NCBI GenBank assembly: GCA_965197585.1
Contig: OZ240215.1
Location: forward strand, 896,001-960,000
Source: Dehalococcoidia bacterium
Lineage (GTDB): Bacteria > Chloroflexota > Dehalococcoidia > Plut-88900
Direction of reading: 5' to 3'
DNA: 64,000 nucleotides
The translations under genes were made by a program, and so were the position numbers. A model generated the notes under the pieces. The model ran no database searches. It saw nothing but the letters and a program-made list of their open reading frames with translations, and had not been told where the DNA came from. Numbering within the stretch: the stretch's first letter is position 1; each line of letters starts with the position of its first letter. Positions 38,508 through 47,913 of this stretch are shown piece after piece.

Positions 38508-39449
38508 GTGCCGGTAGGCGAGCTCTTCGCAATCGGCGCGGCGATAAGCCACTCGATAGGCTCGCTGATTGACAAGGCGCTGACCCGACGCCTGCCTCCT
38601 ATGAAGCAGGCTGCCTTGGCCGCTCTCGGCGGGTCTCTATTCTCCTTCGTATTGATGGCAGTGTTGGGTAAATACCAGGAATTACCCGACGTCCACAAAC
38701 TCTCTCTGGTGTTAGGCATTTGCGGTGGGCTGGTATCTTTCGGGATTGGCTTCACCCTGTTTCTGATATTCCTGAAGTCGGTGGATGCGAACAAGGCTAT
38801 TCCCCTGTCGGGCGGCATCTCAGCGATTCTTTCCGTACTTTCCGGACTATTTTTCCTGGATGAGGACTTGTCGGCAATGACATTGGGCGGAATTGCCATA
38901 ATCCTGATCGGGATCTACGCGCTGAGCTTTTTTCAGAGGAACGAGACGGACCTGGCGCAGTCGGTGTGGTTGGGGTTCAAGGGGATGGCGTTCCTGGTAT
39001 TCGCCGCATCGTTCTGGGTTACGGGGTTTTCGATGCAGGCCGTGGCCCTGCGAGAAGTAGACGCGGTCATCCTGAACTCCGCCCGACTGCCAGCTATCTT
39101 CATCTTCCTTACGGTGTTGTCCCTGGCCGGCGTGGGGAAGCTGCTCAGGCCTCGCGGGGCAGCCGCACAGCCCCCGCTCGAGAGCGCGGCACTCAGCGAG
39201 GGATTTCGGGCGAGGGCCCGGGGCTACGTAGTGCCCATTTTGAACGGGAGCCTGAACCTGGGCGTCGGCAGTCTGTTCATACTTCTAGCCGTTGAGAAGG
39301 CAGGGCTGGCAGTGGCCTTCACTCTCAGCAACACCTCCCTGCTCTGGTTAGTACTGGCGAGTCCGATCTTCCTGAGAGAACGGCTTACCTTGAAAACGCT
39401 GGCGGGAGCACTAGTGACCCTCGTCGGAGTGATTATGGTGGTGCGCTAG
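38508..39449 (+). CDS. DMT/EamA family transporter
   Basis: Two EamA repeats ending in FLDEDL and FLRERL..LAGALVTLVGV. Confidence 0.85.
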   Translation: MPVGELFAIGAAISHSIGSLIDKALTRRLPPMKQAALAALGGSLFSFVLMAVLGKYQELPDVHKLSLVLGICGGLVSFGIGFTLFLIFLKSVDANKAIPLSGGISAILSVLSGLFFLDEDLSAMTLGGIAIILIGIYALSFFQRNETDLAQSVWLGFKGMAFLVFAASFWVTGFSMQAVALREVDAVILNSARLPAIFIFLTVLSLAGVGKLLRPRGAAAQPPLESAALSEGFRARARGYVVPILNGSLNLGVGSLFILLAVEKAGLAVAFTLSNTSLLWLVLASPIFLRERLTLKTLAGALVTLVGVIMVVR

Positions 39450-40120
39450 GGAGGGGTGATCCTCTCCAGGATGCCGAGCCGTGCCTCGGTGGTGACGGCG
39501 TGCATGCGCTGGGCCCACTCGGTCTCGTTGGCTTCCTTGACCTTGGGGTGGCGCAGGGTCTCGGGCCCCGACATCTCGTAAATAGAGACCCACGTGGGGT
39601 CGAGACAGGGTGTCCGGGGATGCACGGCGGTTCGTCGGCAGAGCCTTCCGGCCAGCATCCCTTCTGCCTGCATCAGCGTAGGCATGTGCTCAGTTCGGTG
39701 CCACTCGATAAGCTCGTCCTCGTGGCCCTCCTGAACTTCCAATTGAACGGCTATGAGGTGGCGGGACCGGATGCCCGGGACCCACTCCCCGTCCCCGCCG
39801 GCTTCCGGAGATGGCAAGTTGACGACCTGCTCATATAGCGAAGCGGAGTGGTTCATAAGGCCGGTGCGGACCTGGGTGATGTAAGGGTCATTCTTGGCGA
39901 CGGCAGCGTAAGCGTCGGTGTGGAGAAGGTCAATGCTCGCCAGCTCATAGAGGTGAAGAAACTCGGGTTTCCCCTTGGAGGCGCGGAAGCGTTGTGCGCT
40001 GAGGAATCCGGTAGCGAGCAGGTCTTCGGTGTGCCTGCCGGAGGCCCACTCTTCGAAGAGGTCACGGACTTCTGGAGTAACGTCCATTCGGACGGTGTAG
40101 ATGATAGGGAGCTTGGCCAT
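39446..40120 (-). CDS. Two-domain dimeric alpha/beta-barrel protein (EthD/DUF4286-like)
   Basis: Duplicated F/L.EW...H...L...G.L.A/G.R...YE units; GGAG RBS before ATG at 40120. Confidence 0.7.
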   Translation of the reverse strand: MAKLPIIYTVRMDVTPEVRDLFEEWASGRHTEDLLATGFLSAQRFRASKGKPEFLHLYELASIDLLHTDAYAAVAKNDPYITQVRTGLMNHSASLYEQVVNLPSPEAGGDGEWVPGIRSRHLIAVQLEVQEGHEDELIEWHRTEHMPTLMQAEGMLAGRLCRRTAVHPRTPCLDPTWVSIYEMSGPETLRHPKVKEANETEWAQRMHAVTTEARLGILERITPP

Positions 40121-40185
40121 TCGATGTCTCCTTTTGATTCTGGTGAGAGACACGTTAGCACAAATCAGGCTGGGATTCATGGGTA

Positions 40186-41056
40186 TGCACTCGTTTGGTA
40201 GATTAGTGACACGCCGGGATTTTCTTTAGTCCTCCAGAGGCGGATGTTCCATCTTCGATTGTGGGGTTTCGGTTTTGGTTCTGTCTGTTGGGAAGGGGAT
40301 GGCGATGGAAGAGGCCCTCTTGCCCTCTAACTGGCTTTGCATCTCTCTTTGCGGGTGTTCCGGCTGTCGGGGGACCTGAAGGGTAGGCCCCGCCTGAGAG
40401 GGAGGGACTTGCAGCCGGCCGTGCCCTCTGCTCGATTATATTCACGGACCGATCCAGGGCAGGATGTCCGTCAGAGGCTCCTTAGGGGTTGTATGCCGCT
40501 ATGGGCACAACGGGGCCAGGGATCCAGCTGTGGCCCCACAGCCTAACTAATGATGTCCTAGTTTGCCGGAGCGATTCGGAGCAAATCCTCCGGCACCCCC
40601 TCGCCGTAGCGCGCTAACTCTTACAATGCGGCCCGAACTTCGAGGCGAAGCTCTATGGGGGTTCTCTCGGTCCGCGAGTACAGCTCCTGTCACCCTTGTT
40701 GTAATCTCTCTGTGCACCCCGCCCCTGGATTCACGCCAATGGCGCACTTACAGCCCGACTACTCGGGAATGACGGGGGGATGGTGGGAGAGGGGTGGGAG
40801 TAGAAAGCCAGGGCGTCTTCCATCGCCTGGGTGTCAGGGAAGAGTGCACGGGACCCGATGGGATGAGAAGATGGCGCCGGTCGCTTGTGCCGCGGGTCGC
40901 TAGGCGACCGTTGGGATGGGCTTAGGCGTTGAGTCCTCGGGTGGGTCGGGTGGGCTTCCCTGGGTGTTTGGTTCCTCCTTGAGATAGTTAGGTTGGTGTT
41001 CGAACGGTGAGGATAATAGCACTAATGTTCAGGTAGGATCAAGGGGTTCGTGTCAC
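40186..41056 (-). repeat. Copy 2 of the ~0.8 kb dispersed structured element
   Basis: Ends homologous to 22739-23500; 18-bp inverted repeat (1 mismatch) at 40301-40318/40810-40827; interior unrelated to copy 1. Confidence 0.85.
41013..41042 (-). promoter_or_regulatory. Promoter with LexA-like box (element copy 2)
   Basis: TTGATC-N18-TATTAT with GAAC-ATTA-GTGC in the spacer. Confidence 0.6.
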
Positions 41057-41091
41057 AGTTGGGGAGACACCGCCCCAGCCCCACAGGGGAA

Positions 41092-41250
41092 CCCTCACCC
41101 CCTTGATCCCCCTCTCCCTTAGGGCCTTCAAGGGAGAGGGGGAGAGAAGAACAGAGGGATACGTTGGCGCAGACGCGCCAACGTATCCCTCTAGTTCGGT
41201 ACTGGGGGAAAGGGGATGGATTCCCGATCGGGGTCGGGAATGACGGGGGG
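41092..41250. repeat. Cluster of three REP-like palindromes
   Basis: CCCTCACCC..CCCCCTCTCCCTT/AAGGGAGAGGGGG (41092-41142); perfect 18-bp stem 41153-41192; GGATTCCCGA..TCGGGAATGAC (41218-41244). Confidence 0.75.
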
Positions 41251-41305
41251 GTGGGGGGTGATGTCACTCCTCTATCTGAACGAGATAGGGGTACAACGAC
41301 ATGAT

Positions 41306-41334
41306 TGACAGTTAAGGATGGCGTCGTATCATTC
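41306..41334 (+). promoter_or_regulatory. Promoter of first M24-family gene (duplicated upstream of the second)
   Basis: TTGACAGT...TGGCGTCGTATCATTCGGG, nearly repeated at ~42568 (TTGACAGT...TGGCGTCGTATGATTCGGG). Confidence 0.7.
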
Positions 41335-41360
41335 GGGCAGCCGTTTCCACCGGAGGACAT

Positions 41361-42524
41361 ATGTCAGAGCCAACCATTTACTTCACCCGAGAAGAGTTCG
41401 CCGAACGCCAGGCCCGAGTCAGGGCAGCGCTGTCCGAGCAGGGTCTAGAGGGGATGCTGCTGTTCAAGATCGAAGACATGTACTGGCTCAGTGGCCTCGA
41501 CACGCAGGGCTGGAAAATCTTTCACGCCATGTATATAGGGGTGAACGGAGAACTGACTCACATCACCCGCTCTGCCGATGTCCCCAGCATCGAATATTCC
41601 TCGGTGTGTGACGACGTGCATCTCTGGGTGGACAGTCTGGATAACTCTCCAATGAACGCGGTAAGGAAGGTGCTGGAAAGGTTCAACGTGAAAGGCAAGC
41701 GTATTGGCGTACAGCACGACACCTACGGCCTCTCCAGCAAGATGGGACAGGAATTGGCCGCGGCGGTCGGCGGCTACTGCGAGCTCGTTGATGCCTCAGA
41801 CATCATCCGCCTGATGAGGGTTGTGAAGAGCCCCCAGGAGCTCGAATACATCCGGCATGCGGGAAAGATTATGGACCAGGTCATGGCCAAGGCCATTGAT
41901 ATGACCAAGGCAGGGGTGTACGAGGGCGATATCTGGGCTGAGCTGTACGGCATCGTATTGAGGTCGGGCGGCGATCCTCCGGCGGCCCACTGGCCCGTTG
42001 GATCCGGCAAGAAGGCAATGCTTGTGCGCTACGCCACGGGTCGGGGCACGGTTGGAGAGAACGACCAGGTAACATATGAGATTGGCTGCGGCTACCGACA
42101 CTATCACGCGGCCAACATGACTGCCGTTGTAACCGGCCCGAATGTCGATGATCGGCACCGCAGAATGCACGAAGCCTGCCTGGCTGCCCTGGAAGGCGTG
42201 CAAGGGGCACTCAGGCCCGGCAACACCGTCGGAGATGTGTTTGAAGCCCACGTCAAAGCATTCACCAAGCACGGGTATGGACATGCACTGCTGAATGCCT
42301 GCGGCTATACCATGGGGGCTACCTGGTCGCCATCCTGGATGGAGCAGCCGCTGATTCTAAGAAATAACCCCCACGTCATCGAACCTAACATGACCTTCTT
42401 CACCCACATGATACTGGTAGACCGGGAGTCGAGACTGACCATGTCTCTCGGAGAGCAGGTCATAGTCCAAGAAGATGGAGTTGAGGTCATTACACACGTG
42501 CCCCACGAGTTGGTCGTGAACTAA
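41361..42524 (+). CDS. M24 (creatinase/aminopeptidase P fold) hydrolase, DoeA-like
   Basis: FTREEFAERQARVR creatinase N-domain, RVVKSPQEL, pita-bread domain with altered metal ligands. Confidence 0.85.
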   Translation: MSEPTIYFTREEFAERQARVRAALSEQGLEGMLLFKIEDMYWLSGLDTQGWKIFHAMYIGVNGELTHITRSADVPSIEYSSVCDDVHLWVDSLDNSPMNAVRKVLERFNVKGKRIGVQHDTYGLSSKMGQELAAAVGGYCELVDASDIIRLMRVVKSPQELEYIRHAGKIMDQVMAKAIDMTKAGVYEGDIWAELYGIVLRSGGDPPAAHWPVGSGKKAMLVRYATGRGTVGENDQVTYEIGCGYRHYHAANMTAVVTGPNVDDRHRRMHEACLAALEGVQGALRPGNTVGDVFEAHVKAFTKHGYGHALLNACGYTMGATWSPSWMEQPLILRNNPHVIEPNMTFFTHMILVDRESRLTMSLGEQVIVQEDGVEVITHVPHELVVN

Positions 42525-42622
42525 GCAGCACAAGTCTGTTCTGCTTAATTGGCGCGTGAAAGGCGATTGACAGTCCAGCGTGGCGTCGTATGATTCGGGG
42601 AGCCGTTCCATAGGGAGGACCC

Positions 42623-43786
42623 ATGCCGGAACCTACGATTTACTTCACCAGGGAAGAGTTCGCCGAACGCCAGGCCCGAGTCAGGGCAGCGCTGTCCGAG
42701 CAGGGCCTCGAAGGGATGCTGCTCTTCAAGATTGAGGATATGTACTGGCTGTGCGGGCTCGACACCCAGGGCTTCGTCATTTTCCACGCCATGTATATTG
42801 GTGTGAACGGAGAGCTTACACACATCACCCGGTCGGCGGATGTGCCCAGCATCGAATACTCGTCGGTCTGCGACGACGTACATCTCTGGGTGGACAGTTT
42901 AGGTAACTCTCCATTCAATTCGGTTCGGGAGGTGCTGGAAAGGTTCAACCTGAAGGGCAAACGGATCGGTGTCCAGCACGACACCTACGGCCTCACCAGC
43001 AAGATGGGCCGGGACTTGGCCGCCGCGGTAGGAGACTATTGTGAGCTGGTCGACGCCTCGGACATGATCAGGCTAATGAGAGTGGTAAAGAGTCCAAAGG
43101 AACTCGAATACATTCGAGAGGCAGGAAAGATCATAGATCAGGCGATGGCGAAGGGTATTGAGTTGACACGGGCCGGGGCGTATGAAGGCGATATCCTTGC
43201 CGAGATGCACAGCATCATCTGGAAAGCGGGCGGAGATCCTCCTGCCAGCCACTGGCCCGTGGGCTCCGGCGACAAGGCCCTGCTGGTGCGCTATGCCACG
43301 GGTCGGGGCACGGTGAGTGAGAACGACCAGGTCACCTATGAGATCGCCTGCGGATATCACCACTATCATGCCGCCAACATGGCGGCCGTGGTCACCGGGC
43401 CGAGAGTCGACGATCGACACCGCCGCATGCACGAGGCCTGCCTGGATGCCCTGACCTCAGTCCAGGCGACCCTGAGGCCCGGCAATACCGTCGGAGATGT
43501 ATTCAAGGCCCATGCTGATGCTTACACAAGGCACGGATACGGCCACGCATTCCTGAAAGCATGTGGCTACACTATGGGTGCAACGTGGGCGCCCTCCTGG
43601 ATGGAGCAACCCATGATAGTGGGCGATAACCCGCTAGTGCTGGAACCCAACATGACCTTCTTCACCCACATGATCCTCGTGGACAGCGAGTCGGGGCTGA
43701 CCATGTCCCTGGGAGAGCAGTCGATAATCCATGAGGACGGCGTTGAGGTCATTACACACGTGCCCCATGAGTTGGTCGTGCAGTAG
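42623..43786 (+). CDS. M24 family hydrolase, tandem duplicate
   Basis: Same length (387 aa) and collinear with the preceding gene. Confidence 0.85.
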   Translation: MPEPTIYFTREEFAERQARVRAALSEQGLEGMLLFKIEDMYWLCGLDTQGFVIFHAMYIGVNGELTHITRSADVPSIEYSSVCDDVHLWVDSLGNSPFNSVREVLERFNLKGKRIGVQHDTYGLTSKMGRDLAAAVGDYCELVDASDMIRLMRVVKSPKELEYIREAGKIIDQAMAKGIELTRAGAYEGDILAEMHSIIWKAGGDPPASHWPVGSGDKALLVRYATGRGTVSENDQVTYEIACGYHHYHAANMAAVVTGPRVDDRHRRMHEACLDALTSVQATLRPGNTVGDVFKAHADAYTRHGYGHAFLKACGYTMGATWAPSWMEQPMIVGDNPLVLEPNMTFFTHMILVDSESGLTMSLGEQSIIHEDGVEVITHVPHELVVQ

Positions 43787-43831
43787 GGTAGCCTCAGGAC
43801 TTGGTAATCTCCGGGAACTAGGGAAGGAGTA

Positions 43832-44884
43832 GTGATGGGTGAAAATGGGCATGAACACAGCGGGGCACATCTCTTTGTAGGGCTGGCGGGAGAGACGGCT
43901 CCCGGCAAGCCGATAAACTCGGGGTTGTACAGGGTGCACCACGGGGCCGGTGGCTGGAACCTTGCGGTTTCAGGCCTGCCTCAGGCCCCGGAAGTAAGGG
44001 CTATCGTTCCCCACCCCTCCCGACACCGGACGGTTTATGCGGGGACGCAGGACGGCCCCTACGTCAGCGAGGACTGTGGGGACTCATGGGCTCGGGTGCC
44101 GGGTGTCGAGAGCGGCTTGCCCGTCTGGTCGATCCTGTTCGATCCTCGGGACCCTATGACAATGTATACAGGCGGCGAAGATGCCCAGGTCCATGCTAGC
44201 GCCGACGGCGGGGAAACCTGGACTCGTCTCTCTACGGAAATGCGATTTCCTGAGATTATGATGAGGCCGGGGGCGAATCCTGCGAAACGGCTCCTGATGA
44301 TGGGAGCCAGCCCGTTCGACCAGGAAATCCTGTACGGCGCTATCGAGGTGGGAGGGGTGATGCGGACTCGGGACGGAGGTAAATCGTGGGAGAACTTGAG
44401 CCACGGGATGTACCAGAGCGACCAGCCGGTAGACACTCACGGCGTCCTGGCGAGCAGCGTGAGCCCGGGGCTGGTGTTCTCCATAACCGGCGCAGGACTG
44501 TTCAGGAGTAGAGATGAGGGCGACCATTGGGGACACGTGCCGCTGCCTCCCCTGGACGTTACGGGGAGGCTGTACACCCGCGCCATTCAGGAGTCCCCGA
44601 GGGACCCGAAGGTCATCTGGGTAGGTGCTGGCAACGGCTTCGACGGCGACCTGGGTGGACTATTCAAAAGCGAGGATGGCGGTGAGACCTGGGCAAGTGT
44701 GGACATGGGAGTACGGCCGCCAAGCTCCATCTTCTGCATAGCATTCGACCGGTCTAACCCGGACCTGATGGCGTGCGCGGCGTATCAAGGGCAGGTGTAC
44801 GTGAGCGAGGACGGGGGTGTGTCATGGCAGGAACACCCTCTGCCACAAGGAGCGACGCAGGTCTACGCGCTGGCTTGGGCCTAG
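43832..44884 (+). CDS. BNR/Asp-box repeat beta-propeller protein
   Basis: Repeated S.D.G.[TS]W Asp-boxes (SEDCGDSW, SADGGETW, TRDGGKSW, SRDEGDHW, SEDGGETW, SEDGGVSW). Confidence 0.85.
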   Translation: MMGENGHEHSGAHLFVGLAGETAPGKPINSGLYRVHHGAGGWNLAVSGLPQAPEVRAIVPHPSRHRTVYAGTQDGPYVSEDCGDSWARVPGVESGLPVWSILFDPRDPMTMYTGGEDAQVHASADGGETWTRLSTEMRFPEIMMRPGANPAKRLLMMGASPFDQEILYGAIEVGGVMRTRDGGKSWENLSHGMYQSDQPVDTHGVLASSVSPGLVFSITGAGLFRSRDEGDHWGHVPLPPLDVTGRLYTRAIQESPRDPKVIWVGAGNGFDGDLGGLFKSEDGGETWASVDMGVRPPSSIFCIAFDRSNPDLMACAAYQGQVYVSEDGGVSWQEHPLPQGATQVYALAWA

Positions 44885-45594
44885 CCCCGAGGGGCGTACC
44901 AGGAGTCACCTGCTGTCTGGATGAAATCAGCACTCTCTTCCAGGTCCTTGTGGGTGTCGACGGAGCGCCAGAATCGAGGGTGGAGCCTGGCCCCGCCGAG
45001 AAGGCCCTTTTCCACCAGGGCCGGGAAGACGTCCCGCTCCAGGCTTCCCTTCTCCGGCAGGTAGTCGAACACGTCCTGTGAGAGGGAGTAGAAGCCCGCG
45101 TTTATCCAGTGCGGCAGAAGCGGCTTCTCCCTGAAGGCAGTGACGAGTCCGTTGTCCTGCGCCTCGATGATGCCATACGGGGAGGGCAGGGGCACCAGCG
45201 CCAGCGCGGCGACCAGACCTTGATTTGATCTAAGACTTTCGCACCGCTGGGGGTTGATATCTGTGAGGACATCCCCATTACCGGCATAGAAGGGGCCACT
45301 AATGTCACCCTCGGTCATGGCGTTTCTCAGGGCGCCGGCGGTGCCGAGGGGCTCGTGCTCCATGGCATAACGGATGGAAACGCCGATGCCCGCGCCATCC
45401 CCCAGGACTGCCTGTACCTTATCAGCCAGGTGCCCGATGGACAGCACGAATTCCTCGACTCCGGCGTTCTTGAGCCATTCCATCTGCCACTGGATGATCG
45501 GCTTGCCGGCTACGGGGAGGAGGGGCTTGGGGGTGGAGTCAGTCAGGGGCCTGAGCCTCGAGCCCAGGCCCCCGGCCAGAATAATCGCTTTCAT
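44881..45594 (-). CDS. Sugar-phosphate nucleotidyltransferase
   Basis: ILAGGLGSRLRPLT..PKPL, EPLGTAG, NGDV, FREKP, INAG. Confidence 0.9.
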   Translation of the reverse strand: MKAIILAGGLGSRLRPLTDSTPKPLLPVAGKPIIQWQMEWLKNAGVEEFVLSIGHLADKVQAVLGDGAGIGVSIRYAMEHEPLGTAGALRNAMTEGDISGPFYAGNGDVLTDINPQRCESLRSNQGLVAALALVPLPSPYGIIEAQDNGLVTAFREKPLLPHWINAGFYSLSQDVFDYLPEKGSLERDVFPALVEKGLLGGARLHPRFWRSVDTHKDLEESADFIQTAGDSWYAPRG

Positions 45595-45668
45595 AGGGTG
45601 AGTGGGGTCTCTGAGAGACCATGACGACAGTCTAGTCGGGTCACCCTGTCACCCTTACATATCGTGCC

Positions 45669-46814
45669 TTATACGCCATTAGTGGCTGCGCCGTTGCGGA
45701 GCCGGTTTCCGTAGAGCGCCTTGGAGTTGTCCCACAGAATTTTCCGCCGGTGGCTGTCCTCCAGGGGTTGGGCCAGGAACTTGTCCACCGAGCCGGGGAA
45801 GGGCGCGTCGGGGTGGGGGTAGTCGGTGTTGAAAACGATGTTATCGCCGTCCAGCCACTCGACTGCGGAGCGCAGGGTGCCTTCGTCAGGGTCGCAGGCG
45901 ACGAAGCACTGGCGCATGAAATACTCACTAGGTTTTAAGGGCATGTGGTGACCCTGTAGGAAAACGCCCTGGCGGCCGGGGCCGTGGTCGTCCATCCGGG
46001 AGAGCCAGAAGGGAGTCCAACCGGCATTTGCTTCGTAGAAGCCACAGCGCATGTTCGGGAATTTCTCCAGCACGTCACCGAATATCAGGTCGCCAATGGA
46101 TAGCATGCAGTCAACGGGGAAGGATATGGCATGACTCACGGAGTAAAGCTGCCCAGTATAGTCGCCGAACAGGCGCTGTTGGGCTCCGCCACCGTGGAAT
46201 GCGGCGGTGATGTCGTGCTTAGTGATCGCTTCCCAGAGAGGAGTGAAGTTGTCGTCAGACCAGTGCTGGCCCGCGCCGTCATCCCCGAATCCCATGAGCA
46301 TGATACCAGCCACCTCGGGTGTGGGGGCGACCCGGCTAATCTCTTCTACGGCGAGGCCGATGTCCTTGAGCGTGATCTGCGCTATGTACTGGACCCGGCC
46401 TTCGGAGGGGCGGCAAAAGTCCTCGCACCATCGGTTGTAGGCTCGGCACAGGGCTGCCTGAAGGCTGAAGTCGGTAATATGAGCGGACGTAGCGACACTT
46501 CCGTTAGTGGGGAAGCAGACCTGGTTGTCCACGCCATCCTGGTCCAGGTGGGCGAGGCGGGTATCGAGGCTCCACCAGGAGCGGTAGGCGTCGCCATAGC
46601 GCTCCTCCATGTCCGCGAAGACCGAATCTTCGTAGATGACTGAATGGCCTTCGGGGAAGGCCTCGCAGGGATCGTAGCTGTAAATGGCGCGTCCCAGGTG
46701 ACCACTGACCTTGGGTATGCGTTCACGGTAGGCGGGTTCGGTGTAGGTGGCCCAAATGTCCATCGGTTCCTGCATGTGGCCGTCGCCGTCTATTACACGA
46801 AAGCCGTTTTTCAT
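45669..46814 (-). CDS. Amidohydrolase_2 family protein
   Basis: IDGDGHMQEP, RAYNRW, FH, YEANAGW, FNTDYPHPD. Confidence 0.9.
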   Translation of the reverse strand: MKNGFRVIDGDGHMQEPMDIWATYTEPAYRERIPKVSGHLGRAIYSYDPCEAFPEGHSVIYEDSVFADMEERYGDAYRSWWSLDTRLAHLDQDGVDNQVCFPTNGSVATSAHITDFSLQAALCRAYNRWCEDFCRPSEGRVQYIAQITLKDIGLAVEEISRVAPTPEVAGIMLMGFGDDGAGQHWSDDNFTPLWEAITKHDITAAFHGGGAQQRLFGDYTGQLYSVSHAISFPVDCMLSIGDLIFGDVLEKFPNMRCGFYEANAGWTPFWLSRMDDHGPGRQGVFLQGHHMPLKPSEYFMRQCFVACDPDEGTLRSAVEWLDGDNIVFNTDYPHPDAPFPGSVDKFLAQPLEDSHRRKILWDNSKALYGNRLRNGAATNGV

Positions 46815-46855
46815 AGCCTCACACCTCCGTTGCTTGCTCCAGGGCCTTACGTGGC

Positions 46856-46884
46856 ATTAGACCATTGGGAATGTCGGGTGTCAA
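46856..46884 (-). promoter_or_regulatory. Promoter of the amidohydrolase gene
   Basis: Minus strand TTGACA-N17-TCTAAT. Confidence 0.55.
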
Positions 46885-46946
46885 CGGATTCTCGGGGGGC
46901 GGGGGTTGACATATAATCGACGGAGTCACTTTGGAGAGGAGACGGA

Positions 46947-47612
46947 ATGCCACGGTATGAAGTTCTGACATTCGACTGCTACGGGACGCTCATCGACTGG
47001 GAAGGGGGGATGCGGGCCGCACTGGCGAGCGTAATCGAAAAGAGAGGGTTGTCCCTCGGTGCGGAAGAGGTCCACAGAAAATACGCCGAGATAGAGCCTT
47101 CGATACAGGAGGGAATCGGTGGGAAATACGTGGAGGTGATGCGGATGGGGGTGGAGCAGACTTTCAGACATTATGGCGTGGAAGTTAGCGAAGAGGAGGC
47201 GGGGATATTCGGGAACACTCTCGGGAGTTGGCCGAAGTTCTCGGATACTACGGAGGCGCTGACGGAAATGAAGGCCCGAGGCTACAAACTGGTGATCCTA
47301 TCCAATACCGACGAAAACTTCATACGTCAGTCGATAGAGACCATAGGCGTTGAGTTCGACGAGGTGATAACCGCGCAGGCGGTGGGGTCGTACAAACCGG
47401 CGCGGGGTCACTGGGACCGGATGCTGGCGACTCTCGACGTATCTAAGGAAGTCGTGTTGCACGTGGCGCAGAGCTACTACCACGACGTTGTTCCGGCCAC
47501 GGGTCTCGGGTTCGATATGGCATGGATTAACCGCAAGGGCCAGAAGCCATGGGGTGAGGCGAGGCCCGACTATGAGTTTCGGGACTTGAAGAGCCTGCTA
47601 GGGATGTTGTGA
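46947..47612 (+). CDS. HAD-family hydrolase (haloacid dehalogenase type II-like)
   Basis: FDCYGTLIDWE, LSN, SYKP, LHVAQSYYHDV, WINR. Confidence 0.9.
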   Translation: MPRYEVLTFDCYGTLIDWEGGMRAALASVIEKRGLSLGAEEVHRKYAEIEPSIQEGIGGKYVEVMRMGVEQTFRHYGVEVSEEEAGIFGNTLGSWPKFSDTTEALTEMKARGYKLVILSNTDENFIRQSIETIGVEFDEVITAQAVGSYKPARGHWDRMLATLDVSKEVVLHVAQSYYHDVVPATGLGFDMAWINRKGQKPWGEARPDYEFRDLKSLLGML

Positions 47613-47913
47613 GCGGTCAGAGAGTCCTGCGAGTCTAGGGTCGGAAGGCCGGAAGCACTCTCTCCAAGCAGACGGAGGCAGTTCAAGGCCTGCTCTCCCC
47701 CAAGACCCGCGGTCTGTTAGAAGAACATGATGTGGGTAAAGCCTATGTCCATGAGCTTCTGAACTTCCCGGGTGACCGTCTCCGGGCTCAGGGGCCAGGC
47801 GGGCAATTAGAGGGAATGTGTGTATGTGCCCTCGTCTGTGGATGGCCGGCTTTAGCACTTGCGGGTGAGTTCCCGGCCGTGGGAACATAATGGCCTTGGA
47901 GGAAGGACTGACA

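Noticed and set aside
40203-41360. Several short ORFs in the track across this region
   Set aside because: Low-complexity translations overlapping the repeat element and palindromes; no family motifs.
47613-47913. Guanidine riboswitch upstream of the DUF1989 gene
   Set aside because: Only CTAGGGT resembles guanidine-I; the 3' AAAAGCCCGGGAG, the ACGR twin loops (class II) and class III motifs are not visible.
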